Shown here: one piece after another, positions 37,913 through 45,875 of the stretch
Numbering within the stretch: the first letter of the stretch is position 1
Layout of the letters: each line of letters starts with the position of its first letter
IMG/VR virus record: IMGVR_UViG_3300030110_001528
Span: 1-59,042 of that record
From: a virus
Taxonomy: Duplodnaviria; Caudoviricetes
Direction: 5' to 3' (one strand)
DNA: 59,042 nucleotides
Position numbers and translations under genes: made by a program
The notes under the pieces: model-generated
What the model was told of the DNA's origin: nothing
What the model saw: the letters and a program-made list of their open reading frames with translations, nothing else
Database searches by the model: none

Positions 37913-38743
37913 TTAAATTTGTTCGGGTTTCACCCAGCAACTACTTTTAAATTCACACCTCTTACACTGATAATAATCAGAGTTCATAGCAACTCTAGGT
38001 AAAATCTCATTATGTTTAACTGCTGTTAAAATTTCAGCAGCTTTATCACTTGTTTTTTGAGCCAGTATTTTATCAAAAGCAACCAACTCATAATATATCT
38101 CAGAATTATTTTTATTAACTACCGTAAACAATGCAGGATTATCTGTCAAATTCATGTACGCTTGATACAATGCAATCTGTGAAGCATACGTTTGATTTGT
38201 CTCAGCTACACCCTTGCGAACAAATTCATTAAAACTTTTATCATTTGCTGATTTGCACTCCCAAAGCATAGGATATTTTATACCATCAGGACCCCCGCAT
38301 ACTACACCATCTATATGACCTTTTACCTGATCTTCTGCTATAGAAAACCCAAATTGTTCGCCATTTTTATCAGTGCTTCTTAAATCAAACCCTGCTTTTA
38401 TCAACCAACCATGAGCCATATCTTCAATTGTATGACCGAACTGGAATATTCTTAACAACTTAGCACTAAACTCGCTCTCTTTATCTGGCTTCTGACCCAT
38501 GTACCTGTACTGTATTTTACGAGAACATGAATCACCTAGAGAAGAAGCTCCAAGATATGTTCGTCTTTTCTGACTTTTGTTCGCCTCCTGAATCGCATCG
38601 TCAACTTTTTCCTTTATCATCTCGCACATTTTCTCCGAATGGGAAGTCTGTGTTTTCTTCTCCGATTGTGTATTTAAGCCAGATTGCTGCCAAATAAGTT
38701 TGTTCAAATTCATCTTCCACTCTCTCCATTCCTTGCAAAACAA
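37913..38743 (-). CDS. PD-(D/E)XK exonuclease with a Cas4-like Cys cluster (start probably near 38629)
   Basis: YLGAS..G..C.R, GHIDG, WECKS, QIALYQ and CKRC....C. Confidence 0.8.
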   Translation of the reverse strand: MFCKEWREWKMNLNKLIWQQSGLNTQSEKKTQTSHSEKMCEMIKEKVDDAIQEANKSQKRRTYLGASSLGDSCSRKIQYRYMGQKPDKESEFSAKLLRIFQFGHTIEDMAHGWLIKAGFDLRSTDKNGEQFGFSIAEDQVKGHIDGVVCGGPDGIKYPMLWECKSANDKSFNEFVRKGVAETNQTYASQIALYQAYMNLTDNPALFTVVNKNNSEIYYELVAFDKILAQKTSDKAAEILTAVKHNEILPRVAMNSDYYQCKRCEFKSSCWVKPEQI

Positions 38744-38870
38744 GTATTAAAAATAAAATCTCCTGTTCATTAAGCTCAGATAACTTTTTATTCCAACCAA
38801 ACTTACCGAACAATTTACCTACTTCTTTTAATGTATTGTTTGGTTTTCCATTGATACCATTTTTTCCCAA
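38601..38870 (-). CDS. Hypothetical protein
   Basis: 89 aa; GWNKKLSELNEQE. Confidence 0.5.
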   Translation of the reverse strand: MGKNGINGKPNNTLKEVGKLFGKFGWNKKLSELNEQEILFLILVLQGMERVEDEFEQTYLAAIWLKYTIGEENTDFPFGENVRDDKGKS

Positions 38871-39118
38871 TTCCCAATCTCCTCTAAATTTGTTTTCATA
38901 AATGACATTGTAAATAATTCTTCATTTTCATGTATAGCTGTAGCGTAACCACTATCAGCAATGATGCCATTTTCTAACACTTTTTTTTCTATTATACTGC
39001 CTATCCTATCTATAACATCGTCATCTGATAAAAAAACACCGTCAACAGAAGTAAAAAAATCTATATTCTTTTCCCCTTCCTTAGTGTTTAAAACAATTTT
39101 TATTTCTACCTGTGTCAT
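38828..39118 (-). CDS. Hypothetical protein
   Basis: 96 aa, coupled to the helicase stop. Confidence 0.55.
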   Translation of the reverse strand: MTQVEIKIVLNTKEGEKNIDFFTSVDGVFLSDDDVIDRIGSIIEKKVLENGIIADSGYATAIHENEELFTMSFMKTNLEEIGNWEKMVSMENQTIH

Positions 39119-40794
39119 TATGCCGCTTCCTTTTTAATTGCATTGGTTATCATCGCATCAATTGCATCTTTATTCCACAAATAATTTAAATAACAAGCAC
39201 CTCTGTACTTAGTCCATGAAAAATCAAATCCTGATATTATAATACCTGACCTAGATAACATTTCTTTTTGTTTGTCGCTTATTCTTTCATTCAACCACCT
39301 CTTTCCTTTCTTAGCACTATTACTGTCTTCAATCTCTCTCAGAAAGTCATCAGCCGATGCAATAGCCTGTTGCTTAGTTCCAATACTAACCATTCTTGCA
39401 CGACCACCAGAACGCTTTACAATGCCACAGGATAAATCACCTAAATCTGCTACCAAAGCAAAACCATTAAACCCTGTCGCTGACAAACACTTACCTGTAC
39501 CGAACAAATCCATCCACCGAAAAGGAGAACGATCAATAAGATCAATCTCTGTCATATTAAACTCTCTAAGATCAGTGTCTTGGTCTTTACCAAACTCGTA
39601 ACCACACATCGGACATTCTCTGACACTTAAAGGAACAACTGATTTGCACTCTGGACAAACCTTTTCTGGTGCTTGTCCTTGTAATTCTGATTCAGAACCC
39701 TCTAAATTAACATCATCTTCTAAAGAACCGTGTGTTAATACTGACGTTCCAAAGTCCAGCACAACGCAATCAGTTTTAATTATGTTCGGGTGTTCATCTG
39801 GATTTATAGTTCTAAGACCTCGACCAATCATCTGTACCATCGTTGCCTTATATGAACAGGGTCTTGTTAAAATAATACAGGATACAGGAGGTGCATCAAA
39901 GCCTTCAGTAAGCACTGCTACATTAACAACAACTTGCAAATCACCATTTGTCAAATCGTTCAGGATGTTAGCCCGAACATTTTTGTCTGTTTCACCAGTA
40001 ACAACCTCTGCTCTTACATTCTTTCCAACAAATTCATCACACAAATCTTCAGCATGAGCTACTGTTGAACAGAATACAACTGTCTTTCTGTCACTTGCTT
40101 TTTCCAACCACTCATCAACAACACGTTCATTGATAGCTCTCTTATTCATAATACGAGCTACTTGATCCATATCGAAATCAACCACAGTTTTCCGAACATT
40201 TTGTAATTCAGAACGTACACCAACGTCAATGACGTAGGTTTTTGGGGTGACAAGGAAACCTTCACGAATGAGTGTCGATATTTCAATTTGATGGGAACAA
40301 TTGGTAAAGACCTCACGTAAACCTTTCTTATCCCCACGATTAGGCGTAGCAGTAAACCCAACGATCTCAACTTTGTCGTTAGCATTTTTAGCATGATTAA
40401 TAATCCGAGTATAGGTATCTGCAACAACGTGATGACTTTCATCGACAACCACCATATCTATTTTTTTCATGTTTTCTAAATTGTTCGGTCTGGATAATGT
40501 TTGCACCATTGAAAATACAGTATCACCAGACCAATTTTTTTGTTCAGCATTAACTACACTGGTAGATATGTTCGGGTTAATACGCTGGAACTTATCTATA
40601 TTCTGATTAACCAGCTCATCTCTATGTTGAAGAACCAGAACATTTTTTCGTGAACCATGACGTTTGCCAATGAGAGATGATAACATTATTGTTTTACCCG
40701 CACCCGTTGGAGCAACAACAACAGTATTGCCATGCTTATCCAAAGCTTCCGATGCAGAATCAACTGCAACTTCTTGATACGGTCTTAATAACAT
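39118..40794 (-). CDS. SF2 DEAD/H helicase (RadD-like, zinc finger)
   Basis: LRPYQ, PTGAGKT, DESH, TATP, QMIGRGLR and CPEC..CPMC; start at 40794 after AGAAAGTGAGGTG. Confidence 0.9.
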   Translation of the reverse strand: MLLRPYQEVAVDSASEALDKHGNTVVVAPTGAGKTIMLSSLIGKRHGSRKNVLVLQHRDELVNQNIDKFQRINPNISTSVVNAEQKNWSGDTVFSMVQTLSRPNNLENMKKIDMVVVDESHHVVADTYTRIINHAKNANDKVEIVGFTATPNRGDKKGLREVFTNCSHQIEISTLIREGFLVTPKTYVIDVGVRSELQNVRKTVVDFDMDQVARIMNKRAINERVVDEWLEKASDRKTVVFCSTVAHAEDLCDEFVGKNVRAEVVTGETDKNVRANILNDLTNGDLQVVVNVAVLTEGFDAPPVSCIILTRPCSYKATMVQMIGRGLRTINPDEHPNIIKTDCVVLDFGTSVLTHGSLEDDVNLEGSESELQGQAPEKVCPECKSVVPLSVRECPMCGYEFGKDQDTDLREFNMTEIDLIDRSPFRWMDLFGTGKCLSATGFNGFALVADLGDLSCGIVKRSGGRARMVSIGTKQQAIASADDFLREIEDSNSAKKGKRWLNERISDKQKEMLSRSGIIISGFDFSWTKYRGACYLNYLWNKDAIDAMITNAIKKEAA

Positions 40795-40977
40795 TTGCAC
40801 CTCACTTTCTATAATGTGGGAAGTTTTGCGTCCTACGTACTTCCCAAACGTAGTCCTAACGCACATCGAGGTGTTGACGCTAGAGAACTAAAAATCTTAT
40901 ATTTACAGGGTACAATCATACACGGATATGTCAATTGCACCTTCTTACAGCCTTTAAAACAAGCCGTTTTTTACCAA

Positions 40978-41634
40978 AACAGCCTTAACTCACCCCAACT
41001 GAATTTAACTCAGCCAACCTCAACATATCGAAACCCAACTGCCTAAACATGACTAACAGCACCTCTCCCCAAAATAACACAACTCAACTCAACTGCCAAA
41101 ACCCAACCAAGCACATCTCAACATACAACACCTTAACTGCCTGAACTTAACTGATCTTATCGCACACCAACATGACATATCGCACCTCACCCCAACTGCC
41201 TCAACTCAACTCAACTGAACAAAACTTAGCTTACTCCACCCAAAGGAACCAAACCCAATCTTACACAACCCAAACTGCCGTAACATAACAGAACTTAACC
41301 AACCGAACACTACCCGACCCAGACGAAATGCACCATACCTCAACTGCCATACCGAAACGCAAGTTAACTCAACGCAACTCTCCTCACCTCAACATATCAA
41401 CGGAACTGCCTTAACCAAACTTAAATTAACTGACCCGAACTGACCCAAGCAAACCCAACCCCAACTGAACTGCCGAAACATAACTAAGCAAACCTCACCC
41501 CAACTCAACGCAACGCAACTGCCTTAACAAAACCTAACTGACCTGACCCCTCCTCAACACTACACACCAAAACAGGCTGACCACAACGCACTAAAACCTG
41601 CCTAAACATGACTAACAGCACCTCTCCCCAACTT
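40978..41634 (-). ncRNA. Pentamer-periodic guide-like RNA array: about 11 units of (NN-GNU)n-NN-GGCAGUU
   Basis: AACTGCC at 41037, 41091, 41135, 41194, 41273, 41342, 41404, 41468 and 41517, with variants at 40978, 41571 and 41595. Spacings are 5n+4 except one of 62. It lies downstream of a RAMP-like gene. Confidence 0.8.
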
Positions 41635-41962
41635 CTTCATTTCTTCTTCTATATGCTTTGGATTTACACCCATTATTTTTGTATTTTGTTCCATCCTTAA
41701 ATTTTGAGGAAGGATTAATTATAATACAATCGTGAGTGCAATTTTTTCCAGATGGTTCTCCATAAGTTTTTCTATACTCGCAAATCTTTGCTTTTATTTT
41801 TATGTTAGTTTTTATAGAGGTGTCATGTTTATGACCAACAAACTTTAAATTAATGTCAATAGGAACACTAATTAATTCACAACCATCTTCTTCTCTAGTT
41901 TCTTGTATTTCATGGTCAGAAATTAATTTATTTATTTCCTTTAAAATATTTTTATCCATCAT
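41612..41962 (-). CDS. Hypothetical protein between the partner gene and the array
   Basis: 116 aa, AT-rich, GGGAGAG RBS; its last codons lie in array sequence. Confidence 0.55.
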   Translation of the reverse strand: MMDKNILKEINKLISDHEIQETREEDGCELISVPIDINLKFVGHKHDTSIKTNIKIKAKICEYRKTYGEPSGKNCTHDCIIINPSSKFKDGTKYKNNGCKSKAYRRRNEEVGERCC

Positions 41963-42004
41963 TCACTCTCCCATTGATAAAATATGTGTCTTAATGAAGT
42001 GAGG

Positions 42005-42538
42005 CTATACAGCCTCACTCTTCACACTTTCTGATTCTAATGAGTCAGCAATTTCTGATAGTGAATCAATATCAATACCTTTTAAAGCACAGATACCATC
42101 ATGTCTATTAATCCATGCTCTTAATTCTCTACAGGCTTGACGACATAATTCAGCTACAACTTCTGGGTTGTTTAAATCAAATCTTTGATAGCCACCACCT
42201 TGAGCACGATTATCTATAGGTGAAATAAATGTAGGAAACCGAACAACTTTTTCATCTACAACTGTAATTGAGTCAGATATATCTATTGTTTCAGTCGGTA
42301 AATCCTTATATTGAAATGTAATTTTACAACCTGTAGCAAATTGTCTAGCTATTTGAATACGTTGCTTTAAAGCCATCTTTGCATCATCGTCAAAACCGAA
42401 CAATTTATAAACAGGATGATCTGGATTTCCTTGTAGCCAATCGACAAACTCGGCAGGAACATAACTGTTCCTGCCTGTCTGGTTAAGGTAATCGTTAATT
42501 ATTTTTTCACGATCCTTCTTACCAAATCTTTTTGCCAT
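42005..42538 (-). CDS. Partner protein of the RAMP-like gene
   Basis: PAEFVDW...PDHPVY..F.FDD...A..QRIQIARQ; start MAKRF at 42538, right after the upstream stop. Confidence 0.7.
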   Translation of the reverse strand: MAKRFGKKDREKIINDYLNQTGRNSYVPAEFVDWLQGNPDHPVYKLFGFDDDAKMALKQRIQIARQFATGCKITFQYKDLPTETIDISDSITVVDEKVVRFPTFISPIDNRAQGGGYQRFDLNNPEVVAELCRQACRELRAWINRHDGICALKGIDIDSLSEIADSLESESVKSEAV

Positions 42539-42539
42539 A

Positions 42540-43316
42540 CTATGCAACTTCCTTCAGAAGATCGGCTCTTTTAACTCTTTCTTCCTGCATTGCTTCGTAT
42601 AATTGATGGCTAGTATTATCATGTGACTCAATCTCTGGATTTTCCAAAGCAAGTTTCTGACAAGTAGCACCTTCTTCTTTGGTCAACTCATCCCAAAGTT
42701 TTTGGTCTGAAGTTTCCTTGAGTTTATAACCACCCATAGGACCACCTTTCTCTATTCTCCAATCACCAAGACCACATAAAGTTCCTGCATTAGTCAAAAG
42801 AGAAGTAATATTCAATTGACTAAAAGTAGGACTAATATATCGAATAGTAACCTCAGAACACCATCTAGGTAGTTTAGCTCTAGTGCGAATATCGGGAGTT
42901 CTATTTATATCAGAAGAACGAACCACAGACATATTCATATAAGGTTTACCCCAAATATTAATATGTTCACCTACAACGTAGATACCACGATTAATACCTG
43001 CTTTAGTAACACCTTCAGTTTCAAGGGCAGAAGTTGCCATACCTCTCTTGATACCTGTAGAAGGAAAACTAAGATAAGAACCATCTTGACCATTGATGTA
43101 ACAACTATCCACAAATTCTTCTTCGGGATTGTGCTTGATATCCTTCTTCTGTGCGGCTGTTTTTTTAGCGGCTCCCATAAACAACGTACTCATAGCCTTG
43201 AGTGACATTGAATTATAAATTAAAGGACCTGTACCAACAATCTTCAATTTTATTGTTGATTGCTTTAGTCTTTCAACAGTTAATCCTGTTGATTTAGTTT
43301 CTTTTTTAATTGGCAT
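42540..43316 (-). CDS. Stand-alone RAMP/Cas7-like RNA-binding protein
   Basis: KIVGTGPLI (beta1), FPSTGIKRGM (P..S.KG-type motif) and a Gly-rich loop GLGDWRIEKGGPMGGY. Confidence 0.75.
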   Translation of the reverse strand: MPIKKETKSTGLTVERLKQSTIKLKIVGTGPLIYNSMSLKAMSTLFMGAAKKTAAQKKDIKHNPEEEFVDSCYINGQDGSYLSFPSTGIKRGMATSALETEGVTKAGINRGIYVVGEHINIWGKPYMNMSVVRSSDINRTPDIRTRAKLPRWCSEVTIRYISPTFSQLNITSLLTNAGTLCGLGDWRIEKGGPMGGYKLKETSDQKLWDELTKEEGATCQKLALENPEIESHDNTSHQLYEAMQEERVKRADLLKEVA

Positions 43317-43345
43317 TTAACACCTCTCTTTCTTTAAAATTAAAG

Positions 43346-43948
43346 TTATTTCGCCCAATCTGGAACATTGTTGTCAATTTGATTGACAGTAGGTTGCGAT
43401 GCAGTGTTGGACGGTGCCGCATTAGGAGTAGCACTTCCTGCAATGTAACCTGTTTGGTTAGGAGTTAGAGGAGCAACTAATTTGTTACGATCTGCGTAAC
43501 CATTAGTACCTTCCTCAATACCAATCTTAATACATAATTCCATACCATTTAATTGCTCAATACTACTAAGCTGTCTGCCCTGTTGGGCTTCTGGTGAATT
43601 ATCATCGGGATTGATACCCCTTGCACTTTCGATAATCAAACGCATAGTCCGTAAACCTATTTCTTTGGCTACAGGCACGTTACGTTCTGACATCTTATCT
43701 CCGTCAACAAAAAGTCTGTGCCAAACTTTTCGTCCATTGTGACCACTACCGATTATCGTAAATTCTAGTGGCAACCACTTTGCTCTTTTACCTGCTGAAC
43801 TAGACTTAAAAAAATTACCTTGTCCAAACTCTGGTATTTGTGTATCGCCACCTTGTAAAGATAAAACGACACGAGCAATTGTATTATTTGGAATTAATTC
43901 AAATTCCCCCAAACTACTGTCTGGTTGTATATCATTAAAATTAAGCAT
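43346..43948 (-). CDS. ssDNA-binding protein (DUF669-like)
   Basis: FELIP, LEFTI..G...GRKVW and a PDWAK tail; adjacent to a Sak4-like gene. Confidence 0.75.
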   Translation of the reverse strand: MLNFNDIQPDSSLGEFELIPNNTIARVVLSLQGGDTQIPEFGQGNFFKSSSAGKRAKWLPLEFTIIGSGHNGRKVWHRLFVDGDKMSERNVPVAKEIGLRTMRLIIESARGINPDDNSPEAQQGRQLSSIEQLNGMELCIKIGIEEGTNGYADRNKLVAPLTPNQTGYIAGSATPNAAPSNTASQPTVNQIDNNVPDWAK

Positions 43949-44804
43949 TTTTATCTACCTCACTTTCTTTATCTGCTAATTCAAAATTAAGAGGACGTTC
44001 ACTTAATGGTTTGTTACCAGACATCTTTTGTAATAGTTTGCCAAGATGTGGCTCTTCTATTAAATCTAATCTGCCCGATCTATCTTTTGCAGGGTAATTC
44101 CATTCGTTTAATGTATGACAAACAAATGCCCTATATGCAGGATTATTCTCATCACCAGACATTATTGCCATAGTAATGACTTCATCAACAATACCGGGAA
44201 GCTCCCGACCTGTTTTAGAACCTTCAATTTGAAGGTCATGGATAGGGCGACCAAAATCGTCTACCCTACTATCAAGGATGCCAACAAATACAACATTTTT
44301 ATCTCTAATATGTTGTAAATGTGTTAACCACCCCATCATCTCTCTGCCTTGCATACCATAGGCAGCACGAGTGTCTAATCGACCATTCGATGTTTTACAA
44401 TCGGGTTGATTTTGACACCATTGGAAACACAATCTTCCTGCAACAGTAATACTGTCTATAAAAATTGTATCATATTTCGCTAATAATTCTTTTGGATTAC
44501 CGTAAGTTTGACAAACAGAATCATAATGTGCTTGAGAATATATTTGCTCTTCATTAATAGCAGGATTTGCACCGCCAAGATAACAAGCAAAATCACGGCA
44601 CTCAGCCCATGTTCTAGGACGAATAACATCTATGGGCCAAGCTTCAATAGCCGCATCCCCTGCTTCTAAATCCATAAACAAAGTTTTTTCTGAATCCATT
44701 GTACGGACAAGTGAAGTTTTACCGACCCCACTTGGTCCTACAACAACTATTTTATGACCACGTTTTTCTTTTAAACGATCTTCTGCTGAAATAATATTTA
44801 ACAT
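43941..44804 (-). CDS. AAA_24/Sak4-like ATPase
   Basis: GPSGVGKT, DLEAG, FIDSIT and AKDRSG. Confidence 0.85.
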   Translation of the reverse strand: MLNIISAEDRLKEKRGHKIVVVGPSGVGKTSLVRTMDSEKTLFMDLEAGDAAIEAWPIDVIRPRTWAECRDFACYLGGANPAINEEQIYSQAHYDSVCQTYGNPKELLAKYDTIFIDSITVAGRLCFQWCQNQPDCKTSNGRLDTRAAYGMQGREMMGWLTHLQHIRDKNVVFVGILDSRVDDFGRPIHDLQIEGSKTGRELPGIVDEVITMAIMSGDENNPAYRAFVCHTLNEWNYPAKDRSGRLDLIEEPHLGKLLQKMSGNKPLSERPLNFELADKESEVDKNA

Positions 44805-45226
44805 TACTCTTGCTCCTCAAAACTTACTTTGACACCTTGCAAGGAAACTGTACGAAACTCTTTAAGTTTTTCCTGCATCGTGGGTAAAGCATTTGTAAAT
44901 TTAGCCTCTGGAACACTAATAGAAAATTTTGCTAAATGATTAGCCTCTTCGGGAGTTAACTTATTAAGAAAATTAGTTAGTTTCTCTTGATCCCACTCTA
45001 CTTTTTTGCGTAACTCAACCTTTACTTTTTGGTTGCCATCAAAAATACTTGCAGTTCCAAAATCTTTGCCATCTTCGTGCAATTTTTCTTGGGCTTGTTC
45101 AGTATAACGATCTTCTAAAAATTTATTAAAATCATGTAATTGTTTTTGAGCTTCTTTAAGCTCATCCATCAATCTTGCTTGCGTTAAAGCTAAGTTAAAT
45201 TGATCAACACTTCTTACTACTGGCAT
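44804..45226 (-). CDS. Conserved replication-module protein
   Basis: 140 aa; KDFGT...KKVEWDQ. Confidence 0.65.
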   Translation of the reverse strand: MPVVRSVDQFNLALTQARLMDELKEAQKQLHDFNKFLEDRYTEQAQEKLHEDGKDFGTASIFDGNQKVKVELRKKVEWDQEKLTNFLNKLTPEEANHLAKFSISVPEAKFTNALPTMQEKLKEFRTVSLQGVKVSFEEQE

Positions 45227-45259
45227 TAGACACCTCGCTTTCTTTTTTTTATTAGGAAT

Positions 45260-45292
45260 CTTTAATATGGGAATTTCCCATAATAAGTCAAG
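45260..45292 (-). promoter_or_regulatory. Promoter with a palindromic operator
   Basis: TTGACT followed by the TATGGGAAATTCCCATA palindrome. Confidence 0.55.
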
Positions 45293-45662
45293 GGCTTTTT
45301 TTAGAAATTTTTATTTCTATGCCGAAAACAGCTTTCATTAATTTTTTTTTTAGTTTAAAATCAGCAGTTTGCACCCCTTTTGCATCTTCAACAATTTTTT
45401 CTTCTTTTTTATTTTCATGTATTAATGTGTAAACAAAATCTGCAATATAACGACAAATTTTTTGATCGTTTACTATAATATCATACTTAACTTGACGTTC
45501 TAAATCTTTTATTACACCACCTAATACCATAGAAGATAATTGACCATAACGCTCTGCCTCCCATTTAGAGTCAAATTTATATCCCATAAATTCTGTTTTT
45601 TTAGCGTTATACTTATTATACTTCCCATATCGTGTGGGATAGTGTATATTTTTTTTAAACAT
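45288..45662 (-). CDS. DUF1064-like PD-(D/E)XK endonuclease
   Basis: KYNAKK, FDSKWEA, YIADFVY and VEDAKG. Confidence 0.85.
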   Translation of the reverse strand: MFKKNIHYPTRYGKYNKYNAKKTEFMGYKFDSKWEAERYGQLSSMVLGGVIKDLERQVKYDIIVNDQKICRYIADFVYTLIHENKKEEKIVEDAKGVQTADFKLKKKLMKAVFGIEIKISKKSP

Positions 45663-45683
45663 ATCTTATAAAGGATACATGAA

Positions 45684-45875
45684 ATGGCATCAAATGAAAA
45701 GTGGAAAAGTGTTAGTGTTGGAATAAAAACATATAAACAATTAGTTAAAATTGCAGAGGAAGAAGATCGTAAAGTTGGTCAGCAGATAGCTAATCTTGTT
45801 AAAAAAGAATACGAATTAAGATACGGCAATAATATTTCAGAGTTAGGATTAGCTTCAGCTAAATCAAATATTTAA
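45684..45875 (+). CDS. Ribbon-helix-helix-like regulator (only credible plus-strand gene)
   Basis: WKSVSV...TY..L..IA..EDR...QQI..LV; AAGGA RBS. Confidence 0.7.
   Translation: MASNEKWKSVSVGIKTYKQLVKIAEEEDRKVGQQIANLVKKEYELRYGNNISELGLASAKSNI

Noticed and set aside
37913-38743. Cas4 as the adaptation module of the array
   Set aside because: It is a common phage replication-module exonuclease between helicase and primase, and no link is evident.
40795-41046. 83-aa plus-strand ORF and the N-terminal extension of the helicase to 40866
   Set aside because: Both overlap structured leader or array sequence, and a strong RBS supports the 40794 start.
40978-41634. Canonical CRISPR array or simple microsatellite
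   Set aside because: The constant part is only 7 bp, the units have internal 5-nt periodicity and there is no cas1/cas2. The NN positions are too diverse and the register too well kept for slippage.
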